From positions 1 to 64,000 of IMG/VR virus record IMGVR_UViG_3300017991_000004: a stretch of 64,000 nt of DNA; one strand, written 5' to 3'. The notes under the pieces were generated by a model. It did not search any database. It saw nothing but the letters and a program-made list of their open reading frames with translations, and had not been told where the DNA came from. Source of the DNA: a virus. Shown in pieces: positions 33,363 through 42,936 of this stretch; position 1 is the stretch's first letter, and each line of letters starts with the position of its first letter. A program made the translations under genes and the position numbers.

Positions 33363-33761
33363 TCACACTATAGGACGCCGAGTTCTGCGGATGCCGAGTT
33401 TAACCCCGGCCCGACGGCTGTGCAGCGGCGACTCTTGCGATTGTGCGGCACCGCTGAACAGCCGTTGGGTCATGGTCATCTCCTGAACCTCCTTGTCCTC
33501 AACCGGGACGACTTCCTGCTGGCGCGGGAAATACACAACGTGCCCGTAGAGTCCAAGTTGGTCCTTGATGTCCCGCGATTTCGGAAGGTGGTTGAACCAA
33601 GAACGGTCTTCCGCCTTCTCGAGGTCGATACGGAACGTATTGCTCTTGTTTGCCTTTCCCTTGACGGGAATTTGCAGAACGAGCCAGGAGGAGGGCAGTC
33701 GGAGGTCACGGTGAAAGAGTACCGTCTCCGTGTCAGAGATGTCCGGCAAAACACGCGACAT
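33363..33761 (-). CDS. Hypothetical protein
   Basis: Start at MSRVLP coupled (TAATG) to the upstream stop. Confidence 0.55.
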   Translation of the reverse strand: MSRVLPDISDTETVLFHRDLRLPSSWLVLQIPVKGKANKSNTFRIDLEKAEDRSWFNHLPKSRDIKDQLGLYGHVVYFPRQQEVVPVEDKEVQEMTMTQRLFSGAAQSQESPLHSRRAGVKLGIRRTRRPIV

Positions 33762-34210
33762 TAGACAATTCCAACGTGCTTTTTGTACCGCTCCTCTGCA
33801 CGGTCTTGTGCGGCCCAACTCAGCAGCGTGTATACGGCCTGTCGCAGAGAACGCGCCAGTGTAGGCCAGTTCACGTTGCCGTTGGGTATGTTCCGTATCT
33901 GCTTCTCGATTTCCAGCCAACGCATAGCGACGTTAGCCTTCACGGAAGCGGGCATGGCTTCGGTCAGAAGTCGTGCCGAAACTTCTGGCCCCCATACCTC
34001 TAACAAAAGAGCCAGGTCGGAGGGGGATTCCTCCCCCTCCGCCTGACTCTCGATTCGTAACATCCTCTTCAGGATACCGACGATGTAGGCGTAATCTTCT
34101 TTCCGCCCCGCCTTTGCTGCTGCCGCTTTCGCCTTCTGCCAGAGCTTTTCGACCGCCGAAACGGTCTTCCCTGACTTCTGCGCGAACGACTTAACTACGG
34201 CTGCGGGCAT
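33761..34210 (-). CDS. Hypothetical head-region protein
   Basis: GGAGGA RBS; MPAAVVKSFAQKSGK...EKLW..AK helical domain; internal LLTE|A motif. Confidence 0.65.
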   Translation of the reverse strand: MPAAVVKSFAQKSGKTVSAVEKLWQKAKAAAAKAGRKEDYAYIVGILKRMLRIESQAEGEESPSDLALLLEVWGPEVSARLLTEAMPASVKANVAMRWLEIEKQIRNIPNGNVNWPTLARSLRQAVYTLLSWAAQDRAEERYKKHVGIV

Positions 34211-34223
34211 CGAGTTCCTCCGC

Positions 34224-35051
34224 CTAAATCTGGTTGATGTCGAACGTCACCCGGATGTCGATGGGAAGCAGGGTGCCGTCGTGCTCGAAGTCGGCTGTGA
34301 TATTCGGCGGTCCCGCGACGATGTTCTGGTTGAAGGTGATGACGACTTGCCCCGTCTCGTAGTTGATTACGGAATCAACATTGGGGTCCACATCGCCAAT
34401 CATCCGCCCCGTCACGCACGTCTTGCGTTCTTCCGCCGTCGGCCACGGCCAGTCTCTTGCCTCGACAGTCACCACCGGTCCCACCGCGATAGGTGCAAGG
34501 ATTCGCACCGTACCCGGAATGATGGGCATGACATTGGCCCCTCCGCCCGTCAGGTCGATAGTGTAGGGACCTGCCACGCCCGTACCGGCCACCAGGGTGT
34601 CCCAGGCAGCTTTGACGACGTTGCCTCTCCAGCGGAAACGAAGCACCGGCTTGTCGTCCTCGTCGTTCGGTGGAACGAACGGCATGGCGAACGCATGGCG
34701 CAGTTTCCCGTGAGGCACCACTGCACCCTGCACAGCAGGAGCGAACGGTGCCCACACATACTGGTAGGCGTATTCGTCTTCGCGGGGACCCGGAGCGACC
34801 GGACCGCCCTGACCCAGGAGGGCGAGGGACTGGGGTACCCGCAGAGCCGCTGCCGTTGCGGGCGGAGTCCCTCCAGGCGGTACGTTGTACGCCGCTGGAC
34901 GCACACCGTAGTCGATTTCGTAGAGTTGCGCGGCCGCGTTGCGCCAGCCGTGAACTCTCGCATCGACCTCCGCCTGGGGCGGTATCCCGTGGAAGAGGAG
35001 ATAGGGTTCCGGCAATGCCAGCCGGCTTTGGTCTGTGAGGACCCTTTCCAT
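34224..35051 (-). CDS. Putative capsid decoration / virion structural protein
   Basis: Contains the IIPGT...INYETG.V.ITF domain shared with capsid and sheath. Confidence 0.6.
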   Translation of the reverse strand: MERVLTDQSRLALPEPYLLFHGIPPQAEVDARVHGWRNAAAQLYEIDYGVRPAAYNVPPGGTPPATAAALRVPQSLALLGQGGPVAPGPREDEYAYQYVWAPFAPAVQGAVVPHGKLRHAFAMPFVPPNDEDDKPVLRFRWRGNVVKAAWDTLVAGTGVAGPYTIDLTGGGANVMPIIPGTVRILAPIAVGPVVTVEARDWPWPTAEERKTCVTGRMIGDVDPNVDSVINYETGQVVITFNQNIVAGPPNITADFEHDGTLLPIDIRVTFDINQI

Positions 35052-35102
35052 CGCTCTCCTCCTTTCCGAGAGTAGAAAACGTCAGTTCGTTGAGCGTGCT
35101 TC

Positions 35103-35858
35103 CTACGGCTCGGTCAGGGGCGAGTTCAGGTTGCGGAACCGGGCCGGCGTCACCAGCTTGAACCCAGCCTGCTCCCCGGCGTTGTTGTCGTCCCCGGCGT
35201 GGTCGGCGGCGACCATGACGCTGGAGCCCACGCCTGCGGAATACATCATGATGCCGACGAGGGACATGCCCCTGATGCCGTCGACATAGTTGTCCCCGCC
35301 GTTGGGGAGCAGGACGAGGTTGGCTTCACCGCCGCCCTGCACGATGGTCCCCGTGATAGGCACCGTGAACGCCAGCCAGCCCGTGTGGCTGTACCCGGCC
35401 GTCACCGCACCGCCGCCGAATGCGGCCATCCAGGTGAAGTCGATGTAGCCGGTCTCGTAGTTGATGGTTCCCACCACGGTCGCCGGTGCCGCGGCGTCGA
35501 CGATTTGGCCGATTCCATCGACCGACACGCCGTCGTCTTGGACGTTCTGGACGCCCACTGCGTCGTTGGCCGTGAAAGTTCCGGGCGTGATGCGCCGGTT
35601 GGCGAGCAGACCCTGGAACTGGTCCGTAATGCCAACCTGGAGCGCGGCGATGTTCTCACCGGCCACGACGACCGTGCGGCCCCTTGCGAGGACCTCGTAG
35701 GTCACGTCCTCGTTGCCCTTGTTCTTCAGGATGAACGCCTTGAGCAGATGCACGGGGCACTGCACGACGACCTGGTTCTGAGGGGGAGCGCCCCCTCCCT
35801 CTGCGGCGACGACGATTTCGTCCGTGCGCCTTCTGTACTCGGCTGCTCCGATGGGCAT
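35103..35858 (-). CDS. Putative capsid decoration / virion structural protein
   Basis: ITPGT...DDG...GTINYETG domain; codon bias like the capsid gene. Confidence 0.6.
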   Translation of the reverse strand: MPIGAAEYRRRTDEIVVAAEGGGAPPQNQVVVQCPVHLLKAFILKNKGNEDVTYEVLARGRTVVVAGENIAALQVGITDQFQGLLANRRITPGTFTANDAVGVQNVQDDGVSVDGIGQIVDAAAPATVVGTINYETGYIDFTWMAAFGGGAVTAGYSHTGWLAFTVPITGTIVQGGGEANLVLLPNGGDNYVDGIRGMSLVGIMMYSAGVGSSVMVAADHAGDDNNAGEQAGFKLVTPARFRNLNSPLTEP

Positions 35859-35886
35859 ATCTTTTCTCCTAAAAGTGCCCTATTGG

Positions 35887-36222
35887 TTAGCGAATGTTCC
35901 CGAGGTCAGCGACTTCGCCGTCTTCCTGGCGAAGCACAGTGACCAGCAATTTGAGATTTCCGCCAGCGTGAAGTGCGATTTCCCGCAGGGTCGCCCCCGA
36001 CAGGATTTGCACGTCCGACGTTCCGGGGTTGATGGTTGCGTTCGTCCCCGAAATGTCCGACCAAGCACCAGAGTCTCGCTCCTGGTACTTGATAGCCGCT
36101 GACGCCGAACCGTCCAGGTTCTCAACAAGGACTATTGCCGGGAGGTTCCCGTCATTCCGAAACGTGATGACCTGCGTTGCGACGCTCGGTGCGTCGATGG
36201 TCGTTGTCTTTACGTCGTTCAT
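35887..36222 (-). CDS. Small beta-rich hypothetical virion protein
   Basis: 111-aa ORF in the operon. Confidence 0.55.
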   Translation of the reverse strand: MNDVKTTTIDAPSVATQVITFRNDGNLPAIVLVENLDGSASAAIKYQERDSGAWSDISGTNATINPGTSDVQILSGATLREIALHAGGNLKLLVTVLRQEDGEVADLGNIR

Positions 36223-36253
36223 TACCGCCCCCTATTAAAAGTTGCTGACGGCC

Positions 36254-39200
36254 CTAAATGAGCCGATGGACGACTGCCTGGATTTGCACGGGGGTCAGCT
36301 CTGGGCACTCGTCCCTCACAACCCGTGCGATTGTACCATACGGCTCTGCACTCTGGAAGAGTCCTTCAATGAGTCGGATAGCTTCCTCGTTCTCCTTCAG
36401 GCTGGCTACAGCGGTTTCGATGACGCTCTCCGCAGGGGCGGGAGCAGGCTGCGGCGCTGCCTGGGGCTCACCTTCGGGGGCAGGCGCGGGGGCCGGTTCC
36501 GCTGGCGCGGGAGCGGGCTGAGGTGCCGGAGTCCCTTCCGGCGGCGGTTCCTCTGAGGGCGCACCACCCTCCGGCTCCTCGCCCTTCGGAATTTCGCTCT
36601 TGGCGTCGGGGAACTCGGCCAGGAAGACGTCGTGCGCCTTGTTGAGTTCGGTAATCTTCTTGGTGAGTTCCTGCACCGTCTTTTCGATGTCCATCTTGCC
36701 CGTGAGCTTCTGGACCGCGCCCTGCGTCTTCTTCCCGATGTTTGCGCCTTGCAGCATGGCGACCGCCTTCAGCATGTTTGCCTGAGCGTCCACCATAATC
36801 TGCCGGATTTGCTTCAGGTTGGTGTAGGCGTTGGTGAAACTCTGGTTCACCGACTGCACTACATCCGCGTTCTCGTCGTCTGCCCCGATTTGCTCAGAGA
36901 TGGAGCGGCTCGGGTCGTAGCCGAAGGCTACGCGGCTCTGGATGATGTGGCCGCCGTTGTCCTCGGTGACCTTCACGGCGAAGGTTCGCGCGGTGTCGTC
37001 CTTCGGGTAGAGGTAGAGGGAAGTTGTCTCCTCGAACTCTCCGACCGACATCTGTTTCTTGAGTTCGGTCAGCGCCGTCTTGTACGCCTTGCGGTTCGGG
37101 AAATAGGCGACCATCAGCGCCGAATCGGACGCGACCTTCGACTCGGGGAGGTCGGTGAGTCGCTTGGACTCCTTCCTGCACCGCAAGCGATTGCGAGCCG
37201 CATCCGTGATGGACATCTTGCCCTCCTGCACGGCGCGGAGGCAAGCGGCAAGTGACGCCTCCTCTCCGAAGACCAGCACGTCCTTCGCCGGAACGGTGTG
37301 CAGGATGTTCTTGAACTCGATGACGGCGTCTTCCTTCACCCGGTCCACGATGCGGATTTCGGTCTTTTCGGGGATGTCATCTGCCGGTACCAGCAGTTCA
37401 CCAATGAGGGGCTGGAACTTTTGCACCTGGTCCTCACCTCTGTCCTTCGACGGGGATTCCCGGCTTTCACCGACGTACCAGGCGTCATCGCTCGGGTCCC
37501 GCATCCGCATCACGGCATCCTTGAAATCCCTGCCTGTGCCGGAACGGTCACGGTATTGTCCCATGCCCTTGACCAGTACGGGAATCGCAGCCATCACGTC
37601 GTCGGTGTTGAAGTCCGTTCTTCCGTCGATTTCGGCCTGTGCGTAGGCGGCATCCGTCAACGCATCGCCCATGTGACGCCCGCGAGTGCTGTCGAGGTAG
37701 GTTTGGATTTCCTCGCTGGTCGCCTTGGGCATCACCATCGAGTATGCGACAAACATCGCGTCCCAAATTTTCTGCCGGTCACGCTTGGACCGAGCGAGAG
37801 AACGAAGACTCCCGTCGAACCCGTAAGTCGGGTTGGCGGTTGAGATGGGCCGCGCCATCTCCTCGATGGATTCGCCCGTGGACTGCTCCGTGATACTTTC
37901 ATGCACGAAGGCGTAGCCTTCCTCACTTAACCACAAGAACAAGTCCTGCTTCGCAGACGGCGCTACCTCAAGGTAGCCGAGATTCCTCGACATCATCCCC
38001 GACCCGACAAAGGTGATGCCCATATCGTCCTGAATAAAATCTCGGAGAGCGGCAATGTTCTTACCTTTCAGTTGAACGTAGAACTTCACCGCCTTCGCTT
38101 CCTCGATGGACTCACCGGTAGGCTGCTCTTGCCCCTTCGGTTGCTCGGCGGGGGCGGCGGGAGGTGCCTGCGAGGGAGCCGGCTCGGGCGGGGTCTCCTC
38201 GCCCTTGGGTTCGGCTGCCTTCGGCGCTTCCTCGGGACCGGTCTCTTCGCCGCCCTCTTCCTCCTTCGCGCCCTGCTCCAGTTGCGCGGCGACCTGGTGG
38301 AGCAGTTTGCCCAGCATCATCTTGAGTTGAGGCTTGGGAATCTGCGCGCCGCAACTCGGGCAAGCGAAGGTTTCCTCGCCGCCCTCTTCCTCGCCAGGCA
38401 CTTCCTTCGGCTGCTCCGGCTCCGTCTTATCGCCATCCTGCGAAGGAGTGGGAGCCGCTGCCGGGGGTGGTTCGGTTGCAGGGGCCGCGTTCGGGTCGGC
38501 CGCCTGCGCTCCTGCCGCATCCGTCGAGGGAATCTGCTCGACCAGAGCCGGAGAGCTGGTATAGACAGATTCCTTGACTACGGGTACCTGTATACCTGCC
38601 TTCTTCAGCCACTTCAGGAACTTGTTCAAGTCGCTCCTGTTCTCAATGTCAAAGGTATTGGTGCCGCTACCACCTTCGTAGTCGATACCAGCCTCGTCCG
38701 CGATAACAGAAGCGCGTGTATACTTTGCGTAGTCCTTACCGAAATACTTTTTCAAATCCTTGTCAGAGATGTACACTTCCCACCAATCGCCCGTGCCTTG
38801 GTCTACGATGTGAGAATCATAGCGAGCGCCGAACTTCGCCTCCGATAGGGCGGAAATCTGCTTGACCAGCCCCTTGACCTTCTTGAGGGCGGATTCGCCG
38901 ATTGCCATCGCCTTGAGCAGTTCCTCGACCTCGCCGTATGCCTTGTCATCCTTGCAAGTGACCATGACGTAGCCCTCGTCGTTCAGGTCCACCGACACAA
39001 TGGCATCCGTCTCCTTCTTCTGAAGGATGTTGGTCAGCGATGTAGCGTCCGTCTCTTCGGGGAGTTCCAGCGGGTCGATAAGGACCGTCACGGTACCCTT
39101 CTGCGTCTCGAACTCCTCCAGGGACTTCTTGAAGGCTTCACCGAGAGGCTTGGAACACTTCGGACAGGCCAGGCGCTTGTAGGCTTCGTCGAGGTGCTTG

Positions 39201-42043
39201 GCACGTTTCTTCGCGCCCTCACGGAGCGGAGACTGTTTCGCCTCACGGATAGACCCCGTGATTCCAATACGGGCTAGGGCCTTGTTTAACTTCGGCAAAC
39301 TCTTGGCAGGTACGGCGAAAGTTTCCTCATGTGCGCCAAACAACTCCACAACCTCTACGTCGCGCAAACGCATGGCGTCCAAAAAGTCCCTAATGAGCAA
39401 TTCACGGTCCACTTCCTCGTACTTGTCAGCCTGCCTCAGACCTTTTTGTTTCAGGTACTGAAACATCTTGCGTTGGTCTGGTACAGGAAACTTGATGTGG
39501 TAAATCTTGTTCACAACCTTCGCCTCGCGTAGCGGAGTCTGCTTCGCCTCACGGATGTTGTGCTTGATGCCCGCGAGCGTCATTGTCTTCTTCAGGCGGC
39601 CCATGTCGCTGCCTCCTTGCACGACGAGGACGTCCGAATTGCCGGTGCCTGTCGTGTCCGTATCGTACATTCCCTTGAATCCTGCGGCGTCTGCGAAGTC
39701 TCCGAGCAGGTTATCGAATCCGTCAGCCTCGTAGTCTTCCCACTCGTCTTCGGACATGAACTTGGGCTTGTTGTCCTTCAACCAGGCGAACATCTTCCTG
39801 AAATCGACAGGAGAAAAGGAGACGTAGTATTCGGCGCGAATTAGTTTCGCCTCGTCCACCTTCTCCTTCTTTTCGGTCCGCACCTCGAAGGGCGTGCCGC
39901 AGTTCGGACAGGCGGCGGGGTAGCGCCCGGCGTAAACGGGCACCACCATACCGCATTCCTCACAGCGGTAACGGGCGGTGACGCGGCGACCCATCGCGTT
40001 CATCATACCCTGCGTGATTTTCCGCATCTTTTCCACCAGTCTGCTGGTACCAGCAGATGGGAGAACGGAAGCAGCCTCACGACGGATTATTTTGCCGCCG
40101 TACTGTCTAGCGATAGTTTCAACATCAGCCAAATCTACCGGTTCAGTACCAAATTCTGTAGAGACTACAACGGTAGCCCGGGCCGTTTGCTGGACTACAT
40201 CGCCATAGTCATCAGCGACGTGGTCCGCAAAATCTGCGGCTTCATCAGGCGTCGGAAAACGAATAGTCAGGGCACGCACCTTCTCGGAAAGAGGTTTCAC
40301 CGGCTTACCCCCAACGCTTGCGGCGACCTTACCCCAGCCTGTCTTGGCGCGGATGGCGAAGGCGAGTTCCTTCATGAGACCGTATTCCTTCGACCCTTCC
40401 TTGTATGGCCCTTTCGCCTTGAGGGAGGCGTACCGTTTGCGGAGTTCGCTGGCCGTGCTGTCCTTATACTTGCCCTTCTCCTTGGGGTTCACCGTAGTCT
40501 TGGTGCCCCACTTCTCTTCCAGTGCGGTGAGGTCTTCATCGGACATTACCAGTAGCTCTTCGGGAACCTCCATCGGCTCCTCGGGCTCGGCTTCGCTGCC
40601 CGGCATGTCTTCCGGCTCCTCGTCCTGCTCACGCGGGAAGGGCTTGCCGCTGGCGGGGTCGTTCAGTCCGCCCGCCTGCCAGTAGACGTTACGCGGGTCC
40701 TCCGGGTCAGGACTGAAGCGGGTAGAATCCTTCAGGACCTTGAGTTTGAGGATAGTGGACTCCTCCATGTCGTCCTCTTCGTCATCCTCCTCGTCGTCCT
40801 GCTCGACGGGACGCGGGAAAGGTTTGCCCGTTTTTGGGTCGTTGCTTCGGCCCAATTCCTTGTAGTAGTCAGCAGGCTTGTCCGCACCTTCCTGGGAAAG
40901 ACGCTGACCGCGCGTCATGTAGTGGACGTTGGATTCTTCCTCTTCCTCGTCGTCCGGCATCTCGTCGTCGGGTTCCTCGTCCTGCTCACCATAAGGACGT
41001 CCCATCGGACCTCTGCCTCCACCTCGGGCCATGCCGCGACCGCGACCACCCGACCGAATCCTCATGCCGGGCGTGGCGCAGCCTTCCTCCTCGTCGTCCG
41101 GCTCGTCTCCGTCCATCGGCATGTCACCCGAATCGGTTTCGTCCGGTTCCATTTCGTCATCGGGTTCCTCTTCGTCGTCTTGCTCGGCGGGGCACGGTTC
41201 ACCCGCGGCTTTCCGCTTACCGACGCCAGCCGTTTGCGCCTGGTAGCTGCCCGCATAGGGTCCGGTGCCGTCTCGGCGGCCTCGGGCTCCCTTGCCTTCC
41301 TCCGGTTCCTCTTCGTCGTCAGGTTCTTCCTCGTAGTCCTGCTCCACCCAGTCCGTCTCGCCCTCGTACTCGATGTAGTCGAAGTCGTCCTCGTCGTCGA
41401 ACTCGGTGTCATCCGGCGAAGGAAACATTCCCGCGTCGAACTCGTCGATGTCGGGGAAGAGTTCCTTGAGTTCGTCGCGGAGATGGTGGAAAACGGCGGG
41501 ATAGTTGCTCGCCAGGGCGAACATGAACTCGTCTGCGCGGGTCGTCTCTTCCGACTCGGAGAGCCTGACGCCGTCCCAGTCCCGTTTCATTTCACGCACC
41601 GCCTCCTTGAACTCTCCCTCGTTGCGGAGCGCGAGGAACTTCTCGTTGTCTGCGGAGCCGGCTGCCTCGAACAGCGAAACGAGGTCATACTCGACAGCCG
41701 ACAGGAGCTTCTCCATGCCGCGTTCGTGCAACGTGCCGAAACCTTCCAGCACCTTCGTGAGGTCAAACGGCGAATAGTTCTCGAGGATGGCGGCAAGGTT
41801 GCCTCGCGAATCGTACTTGACACGATTCTCCGTCAGCGGCTTCGTGCTCACCATGAGGTCGCAGAACAGACGCCGCAACTTCTGCGGCAGGGAAGCGAAC
41901 TGGTCCGCTTCCAGAAACCCCTTGGCCTCGATAAGGGCCTTGTAGAAGCCGCCAGTCTTGCCGAGTTCCTTCTCGGAGAGTTCCTGCGGGCTCATAACCA
42001 GGCGAGCGAAAGCCCTGACGAACAGGTTGACGAGGGTGTTCAT
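36254..42043 (-). CDS. Giant modular head-region protein (1929 aa), candidate cleaved internal/core polyprotein
   Basis: GGAGG RBS and promoter; acidic low-complexity tracts, CxxC ribbons, small modules separated by L/I/V-x-E motifs. Confidence 0.7.
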   Translation of the reverse strand: MNTLVNLFVRAFARLVMSPQELSEKELGKTGGFYKALIEAKGFLEADQFASLPQKLRRLFCDLMVSTKPLTENRVKYDSRGNLAAILENYSPFDLTKVLEGFGTLHERGMEKLLSAVEYDLVSLFEAAGSADNEKFLALRNEGEFKEAVREMKRDWDGVRLSESEETTRADEFMFALASNYPAVFHHLRDELKELFPDIDEFDAGMFPSPDDTEFDDEDDFDYIEYEGETDWVEQDYEEEPDDEEEPEEGKGARGRRDGTGPYAGSYQAQTAGVGKRKAAGEPCPAEQDDEEEPDDEMEPDETDSGDMPMDGDEPDDEEEGCATPGMRIRSGGRGRGMARGGGRGPMGRPYGEQDEEPDDEMPDDEEEEESNVHYMTRGQRLSQEGADKPADYYKELGRSNDPKTGKPFPRPVEQDDEEDDEEDDMEESTILKLKVLKDSTRFSPDPEDPRNVYWQAGGLNDPASGKPFPREQDEEPEDMPGSEAEPEEPMEVPEELLVMSDEDLTALEEKWGTKTTVNPKEKGKYKDSTASELRKRYASLKAKGPYKEGSKEYGLMKELAFAIRAKTGWGKVAASVGGKPVKPLSEKVRALTIRFPTPDEAADFADHVADDYGDVVQQTARATVVVSTEFGTEPVDLADVETIARQYGGKIIRREAASVLPSAGTSRLVEKMRKITQGMMNAMGRRVTARYRCEECGMVVPVYAGRYPAACPNCGTPFEVRTEKKEKVDEAKLIRAEYYVSFSPVDFRKMFAWLKDNKPKFMSEDEWEDYEADGFDNLLGDFADAAGFKGMYDTDTTGTGNSDVLVVQGGSDMGRLKKTMTLAGIKHNIREAKQTPLREAKVVNKIYHIKFPVPDQRKMFQYLKQKGLRQADKYEEVDRELLIRDFLDAMRLRDVEVVELFGAHEETFAVPAKSLPKLNKALARIGITGSIREAKQSPLREGAKKRAKHLDEAYKRLACPKCSKPLGEAFKKSLEEFETQKGTVTVLIDPLELPEETDATSLTNILQKKETDAIVSVDLNDEGYVMVTCKDDKAYGEVEELLKAMAIGESALKKVKGLVKQISALSEAKFGARYDSHIVDQGTGDWWEVYISDKDLKKYFGKDYAKYTRASVIADEAGIDYEGGSGTNTFDIENRSDLNKFLKWLKKAGIQVPVVKESVYTSSPALVEQIPSTDAAGAQAADPNAAPATEPPPAAAPTPSQDGDKTEPEQPKEVPGEEEGGEETFACPSCGAQIPKPQLKMMLGKLLHQVAAQLEQGAKEEEGGEETGPEEAPKAAEPKGEETPPEPAPSQAPPAAPAEQPKGQEQPTGESIEEAKAVKFYVQLKGKNIAALRDFIQDDMGITFVGSGMMSRNLGYLEVAPSAKQDLFLWLSEEGYAFVHESITEQSTGESIEEMARPISTANPTYGFDGSLRSLARSKRDRQKIWDAMFVAYSMVMPKATSEEIQTYLDSTRGRHMGDALTDAAYAQAEIDGRTDFNTDDVMAAIPVLVKGMGQYRDRSGTGRDFKDAVMRMRDPSDDAWYVGESRESPSKDRGEDQVQKFQPLIGELLVPADDIPEKTEIRIVDRVKEDAVIEFKNILHTVPAKDVLVFGEEASLAACLRAVQEGKMSITDAARNRLRCRKESKRLTDLPESKVASDSALMVAYFPNRKAYKTALTELKKQMSVGEFEETTSLYLYPKDDTARTFAVKVTEDNGGHIIQSRVAFGYDPSRSISEQIGADDENADVVQSVNQSFTNAYTNLKQIRQIMVDAQANMLKAVAMLQGANIGKKTQGAVQKLTGKMDIEKTVQELTKKITELNKAHDVFLAEFPDAKSEIPKGEEPEGGAPSEEPPPEGTPAPQPAPAPAEPAPAPAPEGEPQAAPQPAPAPAESVIETAVASLKENEEAIRLIEGLFQSAEPYGTIARVVRDECPELTPVQIQAVVHRLI
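37380..37397. repeat. 18-bp palindrome, 2 mismatches (TCTGCCGGTACCAGCAGT; encodes LLVPAD)
   Basis: Degenerate intragenic copy. Confidence 0.75.
40040..40057. repeat. 18-bp palindrome (intragenic, SAGTSR)
   Basis: Exact copy immediately before the LVE motif in the 1929-aa protein. Confidence 0.95.
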
Positions 42044-42072
42044 TGGTTTCCTCCCTAACAGATGTCTCCCAC

Positions 42073-42101
42073 ACTATAGGCGGGACGCGAAACTCCGTCA
42101 A
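42073..42101 (-). promoter_or_regulatory. sigma70-type promoter for the 1929-aa gene
   Basis: TTGACG-17 nt-TATAGT, 30 nt upstream of the ATG. Confidence 0.7.
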
Positions 42102-42102
42102 G

Positions 42103-42882
42103 TTACTCGGCGGCTACAGCAGCCGCTACTTTCTTTGCCCTCTTGGGATGTTTCTTCAGAAAGTAATCGACCACCTTCATTAGTTTAACGAATGACAGGT
42201 CGCCGGACTTCCCGGTAAACATCGCCTTTATGAGTTCACGGCCTTCGATGGTCGGCGCGAAGAACGTCACGGGATACTGGTGCATCTCCGCGAGTTCATC
42301 GTCACCTACCTGCGTTTCCGTGAACTCTCCTTCGTCCGGTTCGGCAGGTGAAGCGTCCACCTTGCCTTTCTTTTTCTTGCCGGACGATTTTTTCTTTCCT
42401 TTCTTTTTCAGTCCTGCGGAATCGGGCGTCTCGATTTCCACTGACTCCATCAGCTCCTTCAGGTTCTTCCTGGCGATGGAGGTATCGAGTTCCAGTTGCT
42501 TCAGGCTGGTGCTTTCCAGTTCCTGAACGTCCTTCAACAGCAGAGCAACGTCCATGTCCTTCGCGGACCCGCGACGGTAGAGGAACGCCAGGGTGAGCTT
42601 CCGCGCCTGGGCGTCGTCTACGTCCAGGTAAATGACGGGCACCTGTTTCATGCCGAGTTTTCTGGCCGTCTTCCAACGGTGCTCTCCGTCGATGATTATG
42701 TTCGTGCCCTGCTGAACGTGGAGCGGGTCGATAAAACCTTCGGTTCGGATGCCATGCTCCAGGCTCCGCTTTTCCAGTGCAGTCATCTTGTTCGGGTTCC
42801 AGGGATTTGGCTTCAGCTTGTTCACCGAAACCCGCGTCACTTTGTCAATGATGGTTATCTTGCCGTTTGTCTTCTTGGGCAT
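42103..42882 (-). CDS. ParB/Srx N-terminal domain protein
   Basis: LKPNPWNPN...GFIDPLHV...IIDGEHRWK.A..LG...VPV signature; Lys-rich linker; start taken at MPKKTN. Confidence 0.85.
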   Translation of the reverse strand: MPKKTNGKITIIDKVTRVSVNKLKPNPWNPNKMTALEKRSLEHGIRTEGFIDPLHVQQGTNIIIDGEHRWKTARKLGMKQVPVIYLDVDDAQARKLTLAFLYRRGSAKDMDVALLLKDVQELESTSLKQLELDTSIARKNLKELMESVEIETPDSAGLKKKGKKKSSGKKKKGKVDASPAEPDEGEFTETQVGDDELAEMHQYPVTFFAPTIEGRELIKAMFTGKSGDLSFVKLMKVVDYFLKKHPKRAKKVAAAVAAE

Positions 42883-42914
42883 CGGGTATCTCCGCAACTA
42901 ATAATAGGAAATAA

Positions 42915-42932
42915 TCTGCTGGTACCAGCAGA
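42915..42932. repeat. 18-bp palindrome
   Basis: Exact copy between the 2118-aa stop and the ParB-like start. Confidence 0.95.
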
Positions 42933-42936
42933 TGAA

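Noticed and set aside
33365-33375. CCTATAGTGTG upstream of the protease gene, shared with the promoter at 42070
   Set aside because: Only two copies and no -35 here; could be a late-promoter motif but cannot be distinguished from chance.
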